64,000 nt of DNA from an uncultured Acidobacteriota bacterium (GTDB lineage Bacteria; Acidobacteriota; Thermoanaerobaculia; Gp7-AA8). Positions 1-10,227 of the stretch are shown one piece after another. The notes under the pieces were generated by a model. The model was not told the origin of the DNA and did no database searches. It saw only the letters and a list, made by a program, of their open reading frames with translations. Each line of letters opens with the position of its first letter. Position 1 is the stretch's first letter. The DNA lies in the NCBI GenBank assembly GCA_963822445.1, contig CAWGHO010000003.1:416001-480000 (forward strand). The letters run 5' to 3'. Both the position numbers and the translations under genes were made by a program.

Positions 1-378
1 CAGACCGGGGCGGTCTGGGCGGAAAAGGACGATCCTCGGCGCACGCGCGTGGGTGGTTTCATCCGGGCGTGGTCTCTGGACGAGCTGCCCCAGCTCTGGA
101 ACGTATTGGTCGGCGACATGAGCGTGATCGGCCCGCGGCCGGAGCGTCCGGAGTTCGTCGAGCAGTTCCGGGCGGAGTTCCCACACTACATGCTCCGCCA
201 CAAAGTCCGCGCCGGCATGACCGGCTGGGCCCAGGTGCATGGCTGGCGCGGCAACACCTCGATCCGCATGCGCATCGAGCACGACCTGTACTACATCGAG
301 AACTGGTCGCTGCTGCTGGATGTGAAGATCCTGTTCATGACGCTCGTGCATGGGTTGCGGCATGAGAATGCGTACTGA
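1..378 (+). CDS. Polyprenyl glycosylphosphotransferase (WcaJ/WbaP-type sugar transferase), 5'-truncated by the window edge
   Basis: Bacterial sugar transferase motifs SLDELPQLWNVLVGDMSVIGPRPERP, GMTGWAQVHG and DLYYIENWSLLLD. Confidence 0.9.
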   Translation, partial: QTGAVWAEKDDPRRTRVGGFIRAWSLDELPQLWNVLVGDMSVIGPRPERPEFVEQFRAEFPHYMLRHKVRAGMTGWAQVHGWRGNTSIRMRIEHDLYYIENWSLLLDVKILFMTLVHGLRHENAY

Positions 379-424
379 TTCTTCGTGGTGTAGAAGAGTT
401 GACACGCCGAGGTAGGATTGGTTC

Positions 425-661
425 ATGGCAGACGACGTGATTCTTGGCGCACTCCTAAAACTGCAGCGTGAGGTGCTCCGGCGCTTCGATGCGGTGGACC
501 AGCGGTTCGATGCCCTGGAACAGCGATTCGATACCGAGCACGACTTCGTCACCGGCAATTTCGACGCGATCTACCATCGCTTTGATCGACTCGAGGACGA
601 GTACCAAGCACTGCGTTCCGCAGTAAAACGCATCGAAGACGGCCAACAGCCGCCGATGTGA
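425..661 (+). CDS. Small coiled-coil hypothetical protein
   Basis: 78 aa with heptad repeats RFDAVDQ/RFDALEQ; TAGGAT -10-like box 6 nt before the ATG. Confidence 0.7.
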   Translation: MADDVILGALLKLQREVLRRFDAVDQRFDALEQRFDTEHDFVTGNFDAIYHRFDRLEDEYQALRSAVKRIEDGQQPPM

Positions 662-718
662 GCGGCCGCGTTCACGGGGATCTTCGTCGGAATTGACTCA
701 CCGAGGTAGGATCGGCGC

Positions 719-904
719 ATGGCGACTGAGACTGATGAACTGGCCGTCCTTCGAGTCGACATCCTTGACCGCCTGGAGATGATCTCGAGAACACTCATTC
801 GAATCGAGGCGGAGTCTCTGAAAATCAAGTCGTCCATCGGTCGGATCGAGAACCGAGTGGCGACTCTCGTCGAGACTCAAGCCAAGCGCGACGGTTCCCC
901 CTGA
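719..904 (+). CDS. Small coiled-coil hypothetical protein
   Basis: 61 aa amphipathic helix; same upstream motif as the 425 ORF. Confidence 0.6.
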   Translation: MATETDELAVLRVDILDRLEMISRTLIRIEAESLKIKSSIGRIENRVATLVETQAKRDGSP

Positions 905-993
905 GCCTTTGCGCCTTCCGTGCGCCACATCACCCGCCCCTGTGCTCCGCCCGCGCAAAACACGACACGCGCCCGTACTAGAATCCGCCCCCC

Positions 994-2283
994 ATGGGTA
1001 AGCAATCGGATGCTCTCTTTCAACGTGCTCAGGAAGTAATCCCCGGCGGCGTCAACTCGCCCGTTCGGGCGTTTCGTGGTGTGGGCGGCACGCCGCCTTT
1101 CATCGAGATGGCGCAAGGGGCGCGCATCTTCGACGCGGACAACCTTCAATACATCGACTGTGTCGGTTCCTGGGGACCGATGATCCTTGGCCACTGCCAT
1201 CGCTACGTCGTCGAAGCCGTGAAGAAGGCGGCTACGCGCGGGTTCTCCTTCGGCGCGCCGACGGCGGGGGAGATCGAGCTCGCGGAGATGGTCATTCAGG
1301 CCGTGCCTTCGATGGAAATGGTGCGGCTGGTCAGCTCCGGTACCGAAGCGACGATGAGCGCGCTGCGGCTCGCGCGCGCGGCCACGGGACGCAAGAAAGT
1401 CCTCAAGTTCGAAGGCGGCTATCACGGTCATGTCGACTCGCTCCTGGTCAAAGCCGGATCGGGCGGCGCGACGTTCAACGTTCCCGACTCCGCCGGTGTC
1501 CCGGAAGAACTCACCAACCTGACGCTCATCGCCCGCTACAACGACATCGAGGACGTCCGCGCGAAGATGAGCAACGAAGTCGCGGCGATCATCGTCGAGC
1601 CGGTCGCGGGCAACATGGGCTGCATTCCGCCCGAGCCCGGATTCCTGAAAGGTCTGCGCGACGTCTGCGATCAGCACGGCGCGCTGCTGATCCTCGACGA
1701 AGTCATGACCGGATTCCGTGTCGCGTACGGCGGCGCGCAGGAGCGCTACGCGATCCGCCCCGACATCACCACCCTCGGCAAGATCATCGGCGGCGGCATG
1801 CCCATCGGCGCGTACGGAGCCTCGCGCAAATTGATGGAGCTGGTCTCGCCGCTCGGTCCGATGTACCAGGCCGGCACGCTCTCCGGAAATCCTGTCGCCG
1901 TGGCGGCCGGCCGCGCAACCTTGAGCGTCCTGAAGAACTCCGCGATCTACGACGATCTCGAAGAGCGCGGCGCGGAGTTCGAAGACGGCGTGCGCAAGGC
2001 CGCCGACAAGCACAACGTGCCGATCACCTTCAATCGCGTCGGCTCGATGTGGACGCTCTTCTTCACCGAGGGGCCGGTCATCGACTTCGACACGGCGAAT
2101 ACGTCGAATCGCGAGAAATTCGCGCGGTTCTTCCACCTCATGCTCGCTGAAGGTGTGTACCTGCCGCCGTCGCAACTCGAGGCCGCGTTCTTCTCAGCGG
2201 CCCATGCAAAGAAAGACATCGGGCAGATGGTCGAGCGCGTCGACCGCGTATTGAAGAAGGTGGCCTGGGAGTTCGGGACCTGA
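994..2283 (+). CDS. hemL: Glutamate-1-semialdehyde 2,1-aminomutase
   Basis: PGGVNSPVRAF, SGTEATMSALRLAR, DEVMTGFR, GKIIGGGMP and YQAGTLSGNP motifs. Confidence 0.97.
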   Translation: MGKQSDALFQRAQEVIPGGVNSPVRAFRGVGGTPPFIEMAQGARIFDADNLQYIDCVGSWGPMILGHCHRYVVEAVKKAATRGFSFGAPTAGEIELAEMVIQAVPSMEMVRLVSSGTEATMSALRLARAATGRKKVLKFEGGYHGHVDSLLVKAGSGGATFNVPDSAGVPEELTNLTLIARYNDIEDVRAKMSNEVAAIIVEPVAGNMGCIPPEPGFLKGLRDVCDQHGALLILDEVMTGFRVAYGGAQERYAIRPDITTLGKIIGGGMPIGAYGASRKLMELVSPLGPMYQAGTLSGNPVAVAAGRATLSVLKNSAIYDDLEERGAEFEDGVRKAADKHNVPITFNRVGSMWTLFFTEGPVIDFDTANTSNREKFARFFHLMLAEGVYLPPSQLEAAFFSAAHAKKDIGQMVERVDRVLKKVAWEFGT

Positions 2284-4878
2284 TTACTGCAGCGGTGCCG
2301 AGTCGTACTGGAACAGCGAGATGTAGTCGCTGGGGTCGGGCACGGTGTTCATCAGCAGCCCCTTCTTCGTCACGGCGGCGATGCCGTAGTTGCGCGAGGG
2401 TGGCGTGAACAGCGAGATCGGTTTCCCGGGGACGACCCGGTCGCCGTCGTAGTTCAAGGGGATGCTCGCCCGGTCGTTCTGAAGCGTGCGGACGAGTAGC
2501 TCGGAGCCGTCGAGGCCCCATACGAACCCGACCAGACCTTCTGTCGTGATCTGCGTCGTCCGGCCTCCGTCGACGCGCCGCATGTAGAGCTCATCGCGCC
2601 CGGAACGATCAGACATGTAGACGATCCACCGCCCATCCGGCGAGAAGTCCGCTCCAGTCTCCATGGCCTCGGTGGCGACGAGCGGGCGCCGCTTATCTGG
2701 CGCATCGACCGGGACCAGCATGATGTCGCCCTGGTTTTCATCTGTGAATTCACCGGCCAGCAGCGTGTCGCCCGCGGGAGAGATGTCGTACAACGCCTTG
2801 TCCCTGGTGCTTTTCCAGATCGGGACGGCGGGAGTCGCGCCGTCTTCGGCCTGGGCAAAGATGTCGTACGGACCGTCTCGATCGGAGACGAAGTAGATCC
2901 GGTCGCCGGTGGGGCTCCAGACCGGATCGACGTTGTTGGAAAGACCGGACGTGACGCGGGTGCGGATCCCGCGGGCCAGGTCGACGACGTAGATGTCGTT
3001 CGCGCCCTTGACCGGATCGAACTTCTCGGCCGCCACGCGGGTCTCGTCAGCGGAAAGCACTCGCATGAACGAATCGGCGTCTTCGAGGATCTTTTCCAGG
3101 CGGCGGGCATTGCGGTCATACCAGCCCCACTCGACGGTACGGTCGCTCACCGGACGGTAGAGGACCGCCCCGGTAGCGGCCACGGACGCATCGGAGTTCG
3201 CCTCGGGCTCGTAGAAATAGACACGCTCGACGACCCTGCGAGGCTGTCCCAGCAGACGGAGGTCGTCTTCGTCGAGCTCCTGCGCGTACATCGCTCCGTC
3301 GCGCACGAAGTAGACATGTCCCTGCGCCAGTCCGACCAGGCTGTCGGCGCGCATGACCATCTTCTTCAGTTTTCCGTCGATCGATCCGGCCCAGATCTCG
3401 TTCTTCTGCGAAGCGATCGTGTGAATGACGTAGAGAAAGCGTTTGCCGTCGGAGAGGAACCGAGGCATCGCATGGAACGACTCGCGCTTCTTTTGATCGA
3501 TGGTGGTGACGACGGTGGTGTCGCCGCCCGCGATCGGCAGTGCATGGAGCCCGTCGCCGATGTTCCGGCTGTAGACGAGCGTGCCGTTCGGGCTCCAGGC
3601 TCCGTGCACGACACGGAAGTTGCGCTGGATGACCTCCGGCGGTCCACCGTCGACGGCGATTTTGTTGAGCTGGCGGCCGGCCTGGCTGCGGCTGGTGTAG
3701 GCGATCCACTTCGAGTCGGGCGACCAGGCCACGAGGTAGTCCTCGCGGCTCGTGGTGAGGCGCCTGGCCTCGAAGGCATCGGTGGGCCGGATCCAGATTC
3801 CCCCTTCGTCCTTCGAATTGTTCGCCAGAAACGCGATCTTGCTGCCGTCGGGTGAAAGGACGCCGCCGTTGAAGGAGAACCCCTTGGGCGGCACCAGCGA
3901 GAAAGCTACACGTGGTCTCGGCGCATTTCGCGCGCGCCACAACATGGCCGTGACGCCGGCGAGTGCGAGCGCAAGGATGATTGCGGCGGCCGTGGCGAAC
4001 TTCGCGGCGCGACCGGTCGCCACTTTCTGATCGGGCGGCGTCGTCGCGATCCACTTCAGTTCCTCGGCCACGTCATGCGCGCTCTGCCAGCGATCATCGC
4101 GGTCTTTCTCGAGGCATTTCTGGATGACGTGATCGAGCGCCGCCGGCGTCAGCGGGATGAGCTGGGAGATCGGCTTGGGCTGCGCGGCGACGATCGCGGC
4201 GATCAGCGACGTTCTGGTCTTGCCGTCGAAGGCCCGCTTGCCGGTAGCCATCTCGTAGAGCACCGCGCCGAGGGCGAAGATGTCGGTGCGGGCGTCGGCT
4301 TCTTCGGCTTCGAGTTGCTCCGGAGCCATGTACTGGAACGTGCCGAGGATCGTGCCTTCCTGGGTGAGAGTCTTGTCGTGTCTTTGCGTCTCGCCGTCGG
4401 GTGACACCTGCGCCGTGGCCGTCTTGGCAAGTCCGAAGTCGAGCAGCTTGGCGCCGGCCTTGGTGATCATCACGTTGGCCGGTTTGAGATCGCGATGGAC
4501 GATGCCGGCGCGGTGCGCGCGATCGAGCGCGTCCGCGATCTGCGCGCCGTACTTGAGGACGTCGGGCAGCGGCAACGGCCCTTTGTTCAGACGGTCGGCG
4601 AGCGTTTCGCCTTCCATCAGCTCCATCACCAGGTAGCCGTCGCCGACGTCGTACAGCGTGCAGATGTTCGGATGATTGAGCTGGGAGATGGCCTTGGCTT
4701 CCCGCTCGAAGCGCACCTTCAACTGCGAGTTGCGCGCGAACTCCTCGGGCAGGACTTTGATGGCCACGCTGCGATCGAGGCGGGTGTCTTTCGCGCGGAA
4801 GACTTCGCCCATCCCGCCGGCGCCGATGCGGGAGACGATCTCGTAGGGGCCAAGGCGGCTGCCGGGAGTCACATCCAT
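2284..4878 (-). CDS. Ser/Thr protein kinase with TM helix and TolB/PD40-like beta-propeller
   Basis: GAGGMGEV, HRDLKPAN, DFGLAK, GTFQYMAPE; hydrophobic helix; WSPDG-like repeats. Confidence 0.92.
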   Translation of the reverse strand: MDVTPGSRLGPYEIVSRIGAGGMGEVFRAKDTRLDRSVAIKVLPEEFARNSQLKVRFEREAKAISQLNHPNICTLYDVGDGYLVMELMEGETLADRLNKGPLPLPDVLKYGAQIADALDRAHRAGIVHRDLKPANVMITKAGAKLLDFGLAKTATAQVSPDGETQRHDKTLTQEGTILGTFQYMAPEQLEAEEADARTDIFALGAVLYEMATGKRAFDGKTRTSLIAAIVAAQPKPISQLIPLTPAALDHVIQKCLEKDRDDRWQSAHDVAEELKWIATTPPDQKVATGRAAKFATAAAIILALALAGVTAMLWRARNAPRPRVAFSLVPPKGFSFNGGVLSPDGSKIAFLANNSKDEGGIWIRPTDAFEARRLTTSREDYLVAWSPDSKWIAYTSRSQAGRQLNKIAVDGGPPEVIQRNFRVVHGAWSPNGTLVYSRNIGDGLHALPIAGGDTTVVTTIDQKKRESFHAMPRFLSDGKRFLYVIHTIASQKNEIWAGSIDGKLKKMVMRADSLVGLAQGHVYFVRDGAMYAQELDEDDLRLLGQPRRVVERVYFYEPEANSDASVAATGAVLYRPVSDRTVEWGWYDRNARRLEKILEDADSFMRVLSADETRVAAEKFDPVKGANDIYVVDLARGIRTRVTSGLSNNVDPVWSPTGDRIYFVSDRDGPYDIFAQAEDGATPAVPIWKSTRDKALYDISPAGDTLLAGEFTDENQGDIMLVPVDAPDKRRPLVATEAMETGADFSPDGRWIVYMSDRSGRDELYMRRVDGGRTTQITTEGLVGFVWGLDGSELLVRTLQNDRASIPLNYDGDRVVPGKPISLFTPPSRNYGIAAVTKKGLLMNTVPDPSDYISLFQYDSAPLQ

Positions 4879-4894
4879 GCGGTGGAGGCCGCCA

Positions 4895-5833
4895 TTATGC
4901 CTCGGTGCGCTCGCGAACCGACAGCCAGCTCCCGAACCATCCCGCGAGCATCCCGCCGCCGATCAGCGCCGCGACTTTCTGCCACGGAAGGAATCCGCGG
5001 AACAGAAAGCCCCAGACGATCGACGTCGACGGATCGAGCATCCGCCGCGACATCTCGAACAAGGCGAAGAGGAGAACGACGGAGAGGACGCCGCCAAGCG
5101 TTCCCTGGATAAATCCCTCGATCAGAAACGGGCCGCGGATGATCCGTTCCGTCGCGCCGACGAGGCGCATGATCTCGATCTCCTCGCGATAGAGCATCAT
5201 CGTCAGACGGATCACGTTGGCGATCGTGAACGCGGCCGCGACGGCGAGCACGCCGCCGGCTACGAGTCCGATCACGTTGATGAGATGGACGAGGCGGCGC
5301 AGGCGCTCGATCCACTCCCAGTCGTACTGCACCTGATCAACGCCGGGCATCGCTTTGACGATGCCCATCTGCTGTGCGAAGACCGCGGAACGGGCCAAGG
5401 TGGGTGTGATGTCGACTTCGAAGGATGGCGGGAAGGGATTCTCCTCGAGCTGGCTGATGACTTCCGCGAGATTCGCGAAGTAGCTCTTGAAGCGCGCCAG
5501 GGCCTGGTCGCGCGTGACGAAACGGCGTCCGGCGAGTTCGCGCTGCGAGGCGAGGTAGCTATCGACGGCGCGGATCTGTGCCTCATTCGCCGCGGAATCG
5601 AAATAGATGATGACGCGCGACTTGCCCTGCCATTCCTCGGCGGCGCGGCCGAGGTTTTCGGCGATGAGGAGAAAGCAGCCGACGAGCAGCAGGGAGATGG
5701 CGATCATCGTCACGGCCACGAAGCTGGTGCGCTTCGAGACCCAGATGCGGCGCAGGGCTTCGCGGAAGAAGTAGGAAAAGGTGTTGGAGGGGATATCCGG
5801 TTCGCGACGGCCTGGGATGAAGTCTTTCGGCAT
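4895..5833 (-). CDS. ftsX: Cell division permease FtsX
   Basis: ENPFPPSF and REEIEIMRLVGAT..IRGPFLIEG motifs; downstream of ftsE. Confidence 0.9.
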   Translation of the reverse strand: MPKDFIPGRREPDIPSNTFSYFFREALRRIWVSKRTSFVAVTMIAISLLLVGCFLLIAENLGRAAEEWQGKSRVIIYFDSAANEAQIRAVDSYLASQRELAGRRFVTRDQALARFKSYFANLAEVISQLEENPFPPSFEVDITPTLARSAVFAQQMGIVKAMPGVDQVQYDWEWIERLRRLVHLINVIGLVAGGVLAVAAAFTIANVIRLTMMLYREEIEIMRLVGATERIIRGPFLIEGFIQGTLGGVLSVVLLFALFEMSRRMLDPSTSIVWGFLFRGFLPWQKVAALIGGGMLAGWFGSWLSVRERTEA

Positions 5834-5842
5834 CGGGGCTTT

Positions 5843-5956
5843 TCAGTTTATCCCGCGCGAAGACGCGGGATCTCTCCGTGCACGAACGAGGATCGCGCGT
5901 GGCTTCGGTCGTCTCGGTGTAGCGGGGAGATCCCGCGTCTGCGCGCGGGATAAAAT
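5843..5956. repeat. REPIN-like inverted pair of REP palindromes (core CCCGCG-CGAAGA-CGCGGG)
   Basis: tttatcccgcgcgaagacgcgggatctc (5847-5874) and its near-perfect reverse complement at 5927-5954. Confidence 0.85.
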
Positions 5957-5963
5957 CAAAGGC

Positions 5964-6677
5964 TCAACCGATACCGAACAACCCTGCCTCGCGCTGGATC
6001 CGCGGCTCGATCACGCGCGCCTTTTCGTCGGCGATGCGGCCGTGCTCGAGGGTGATCACGCGGCGGCCGCTGGTGCGGATCAGATCGCGATCGTGCGTCG
6101 CCAGGAGTACCGTCGATCCGCGCAGGTTCGCCTCGGCGAAGATCTGCACGATCTCCGTCGAAAGGTCGGGATCGAGATTGCCCGTCGGCTCGTCGGCAAC
6201 GAGCACGAGCGGATCATTGATCAGCGCGCGGGCGATGGCGACGCGCTGCTGCTCGCCGCCGGAGAGCTGCGGCGGATAGGCATTCAGCTTGTGATGCAGG
6301 CTGACCATGCGCAACGCCTGATACGCCTTTTTCTTGTGCTCTTTCGGCGGGACGTTGAGGACGGTGAGGATGAAGGAGAGGTTCTCGAAGACGGTCATCC
6401 GCTCGATGAGCTTGAAGTCCTGGAAGACCATGCCGATCTCGCGGCGGAAGTAGGGGAGCTGCGATTTCTTCATCGACGCGAGATTGCGGCCGTTCACGAC
6501 GATCTGTCCTTCGGAGGGCTCCATCTGCCGGAGGATCAGCTTGAGGAGCGTCGATTTGCCGGCGCCGCTGGGCCCGGTCAGGAAAACGAACTCGCCCTTG
6601 TCGATGTGAAAGGTCACGTCGTACAGCGCGGTCGAGTAACGGTCGAAGCGCTTGGTGACGTGGTAGAAGTGGATCAT
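5964..6677 (-). CDS. ftsE: Cell division ATP-binding protein FtsE
   Basis: GPSGAGKST, RREIGMVFQDFKL, LSGGEQQRVAIARA, ADEPTGNLD. Confidence 0.93.
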   Translation of the reverse strand: MIHFYHVTKRFDRYSTALYDVTFHIDKGEFVFLTGPSGAGKSTLLKLILRQMEPSEGQIVVNGRNLASMKKSQLPYFRREIGMVFQDFKLIERMTVFENLSFILTVLNVPPKEHKKKAYQALRMVSLHHKLNAYPPQLSGGEQQRVAIARALINDPLVLVADEPTGNLDPDLSTEIVQIFAEANLRGSTVLLATHDRDLIRTSGRRVITLEHGRIADEKARVIEPRIQREAGLFGIG

Positions 6678-6729
6678 GGCGGCTGTCCTGCGCTGTAGTT
6701 TACCTCGCGTTCCTTAGTTCACCCCTTTG

Positions 6730-6774
6730 AGTTCACCCCGCGCGAAGACGCGGGGTCAATGGAGCAACCTTCGG
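6730..6774 (+). repeat. 45-bp direct repeat, copy 1 (REP palindrome plus arm)
   Basis: agttcaccccgcgcgaagacgcggggtcaatggagcaaccttcgg, identical to 7098-7142. Confidence 0.95.
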
Positions 6775-6775
6775 A

Positions 6776-7081
6776 ATGTCCGATTGGTACGTGTACATCA
6801 TCAGCAACAACGCGCACACGCTGTACACAGGTGCTACGCACGACCTGCCGAAGCGGATTCAACAGCACAAGGAGCGCACGTACGCGACGTCTTTCACCGC
6901 GAGGTACACGTTCGACCGGTGCGTGTACTACGAATGGGTCGGCGCGCAGACAGCAGCCATCGAGCGCGAACAGCAGATCAAACGGTGGCCGCGGAGGAGG
7001 CGCGTGGCGCTGATCGAGAGCGTGAATCCAAACTGGATCGATCTGAGTGCGCGATGGGCGCTCGATCGAGTGCTTTCGTAG
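6776..7081 (+). CDS. Small GIY-YIG nuclease family protein
   Basis: WYVYII...LYTGATHDLPKRIQQH...FTARY...YYE...AIEREQQIKRWPR...LIESVNPNWIDL. Confidence 0.9.
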   Translation: MSDWYVYIISNNAHTLYTGATHDLPKRIQQHKERTYATSFTARYTFDRCVYYEWVGAQTAAIEREQQIKRWPRRRRVALIESVNPNWIDLSARWALDRVLS

Positions 7082-7097
7082 GTTGGTTTCCGCTCTC

Positions 7098-7191
7098 AGT
7101 TCACCCCGCGCGAAGACGCGGGGTCAATGGAGCAACCTTCGGGATCTAGCAGGTTGCGCCGCTGATCCCGCGTCTTCGCGCGGGATAAACT
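7098..7191. repeat. REPIN-like hairpin: 45-bp repeat copy 2 plus inverted partner
   Basis: 7098-7142 identical to 6730-6774; 7151-7191 (aggttgc...gatcccgcgtcttcgcgcgggataaact) is the imperfect reverse complement. Confidence 0.9.
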
Positions 7192-7201
7192 AAGAAACCC
7201 C

Positions 7202-8389
7202 CTACGAACCCCGCAAAGCCACCGCCACCGGCGTGCGCACCGCGCGAATCGCGGGGAACAACCCGCCGATCAAGCCGATGATCAGCGCGTAGGCGATGGC
7301 CCAGGTCATGAGGCGGGCGTTCACGTCGAAGGCGAAGGCGACCTGGCTGAAGGTCTGCCAGTTCATCGTCGCGGTGCGGTAGCCGTCGAAGGCCAGGTAC
7401 GCGCCGATGGCACCGACGGCGCCGCCGACCAAAGCCAGGAGCAGAGCCTCGAAGACGACGGAGATCATGACGGCGCTGCCGCGGAATCCGAGGGCTTCGA
7501 GGGTTGCGATCTCGCGGGCTCGGGCGGAGACGGCGGTGTACATCGTGTTGAGCGCGCCGAAGATCGCGCCGAGTCCCATCAGCGTGCAGACGAACACCGC
7601 CAGCCCACGGACGAGACCCTGCAGCGTCTTCGACTGCTCGGCGTAAAACTCCGTCTCGCGCTGGATCTTCAGATTCACGCGCGGGTCGGCGGTGAGGGCG
7701 TCCTTGAACTGATTGAAGCTGCCGGCCGAGGCGAGTTTCACGAGAACGGTCTGATAAGAGTTGCCTCGCTGGTACGCGGGTGCGAGCACGGCTGCATCGG
7801 CCCAGACCTCCGATTCGGAGATCCCGCCGCTGCCTTCGAAGAGGCCAACCACCTTCCAGCGCGTCTGGCCGAACTTCATCTCCGTCCCGACATCAGTCTT
7901 CGCGAACTGCGAATGCGCGGAGCGTCCCACGATGACCTCGTTCGTTCCCCAGCGGAACATCTGCCCTTGGACGATCTTGATCTCCGGCCGCACGGCGAAT
8001 GCTTCCTGCGTCACGCCGCGCATGGGCACGTTCGCGCTGGTGCCGGTCGACCGTTTCTCCAGATCGACGAGCACGAACAGCTCCGGTGACGCCATCGGCT
8101 TGTCGCCCTGTCGCGCGACGGCGGGCGCGTTGCGAATCACATCCACTTCATCGCGCGCGAGCACGCTGGACATCTCGCTGTCCGAGCCGCCGCGCAGCAC
8201 GACCACCGAATCCGGCGAGCCGGCGACGGTCATCACTCGCGCAAACCCTTCACCGATGGAGAGCACGCCGACGAGCACGGCGACGACACCCGCGACTCCG
8301 AACACTGCGGCGGCCGCGGACCCGAACCGCGCGGGAAGAGTGCGCAGGTTGAAACCGATCAGCGCCGCGATCTGTGAGAACCAGTTCAT
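7202..8389 (-). CDS. ABC transporter permease (MacB/FtsX family)
   Basis: LNTMYTAVSARAREIATLEALGF; GGLFPAIRA C-terminus. Confidence 0.9.
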   Translation of the reverse strand: MNWFSQIAALIGFNLRTLPARFGSAAAAVFGVAGVVAVLVGVLSIGEGFARVMTVAGSPDSVVVLRGGSDSEMSSVLARDEVDVIRNAPAVARQGDKPMASPELFVLVDLEKRSTGTSANVPMRGVTQEAFAVRPEIKIVQGQMFRWGTNEVIVGRSAHSQFAKTDVGTEMKFGQTRWKVVGLFEGSGGISESEVWADAAVLAPAYQRGNSYQTVLVKLASAGSFNQFKDALTADPRVNLKIQRETEFYAEQSKTLQGLVRGLAVFVCTLMGLGAIFGALNTMYTAVSARAREIATLEALGFRGSAVMISVVFEALLLALVGGAVGAIGAYLAFDGYRTATMNWQTFSQVAFAFDVNARLMTWAIAYALIIGLIGGLFPAIRAVRTPVAVALRGS

Positions 8390-8392
8390 CGA

Positions 8393-9543
8393 CTACTCCC
8401 TCCGCAGCGCGTCGACGGCGTTGAGGCGCATGGCCTGCAGCGCCGGCAAGAGGCCGGTGATGATGCCCAGAAGAACCACGAAGACGATGCCGCGAATGAT
8501 CTCGTCGGTCGCGAAGTAGAAGACCGGCAGCGCGCCGCCGGTCGGGTCGCCGCCCTTCACCATCAGCCATCCGATGAGCAGGCCCAGGCCTCCGCCGACT
8601 CCGGTGATCAGCAGCGATTCGACGAGCACCATCATCAAGGTCTGCGCGTCGGTGAAGCCGATGGCTTTGAGCACGCCCAGCTCGCTGGTCCGCTCGCGCA
8701 CCGCCTGGGCCATGGTGTTGCCGGCCACGAGGAGGATGGTGAAGAAGACCGCGGTGAGGATGGCCGTGACGATCGCGCCGATGTTGCCCATCTGCTCGGC
8801 GAATCCCTGCATGAACGCTTTCTCGGTTTCCGTTCGGGTCTCGTGCGGCGAATTGGCGAAGCGCTCGTCGATGGCTTTCACCACCGCTTCGGCGAACTTC
8901 GGGTCCTTCACCTTGATGTTGTACCAGCCGGTCAGACCCTCGCCGCGGAGTCGGTTCTCATCGAGGTAGTCGTGGCGAAAGTACATCGACGCCTCTTCGA
9001 CGTTCTCCGTCGCGCCGGTGTAGATGCCCACCAGATCGAACGTCCAGGTGTTGCCGCCGCTTTTCGGCGTGTTCCAGGTGGCCTGGATGGGGATCTTCTG
9101 GCCGACCTTCCAGCCGAAGCGCTCCGCGAGATCACGGCCGGCGATCGCGCCGGTGCGCGTCTTCAGCCACGCTTCCTTTTCCGCGGGCGTGAGCAGGTAC
9201 TCGGGGTAAATCAGAAAGAACTCTTCAGGGTCGACAGCGACCTGCCCGAATGGCGAGCGATTGTCCTGATACAGACCGCCGAACCAGGACGCCTGCGTCG
9301 CCACGGCCACTCCTTCGATCTGCTCGATGCGCGCCTCGTACGCCTGCGGCAACGGTTGAATGAGGCTGATGCGATTGCGGACGACGAGGCGATCCGCGCC
9401 GGCCACGCTCACGCCCATCTGAAAGGCCTGGCGGATCGCGGCGAGATAGCCGAAGAGGATGAACGCGACCATGATCGAGAGCACGGTCAGGATCGTGCGC
9501 GTCTTGTGGCGCTTGAAGTTGGACAGGATCAGGCGCAGGAACT

Positions 9544-9547
<4 letters not shown>
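8393..9547 (-). CDS. ABC transporter permease (MacB/FtsX family)
   Basis: GNTMAQAVRERTSELGVLKAIGF; 4-TM topology. Confidence 0.9.

Positions 9548-10227
<680 letters not shown>

Noticed and set aside
6730-7142. 45-bp direct repeats as a CRISPR array
   Set aside because: Only two copies, separated by a 306-bp gene; no cas genes in the window
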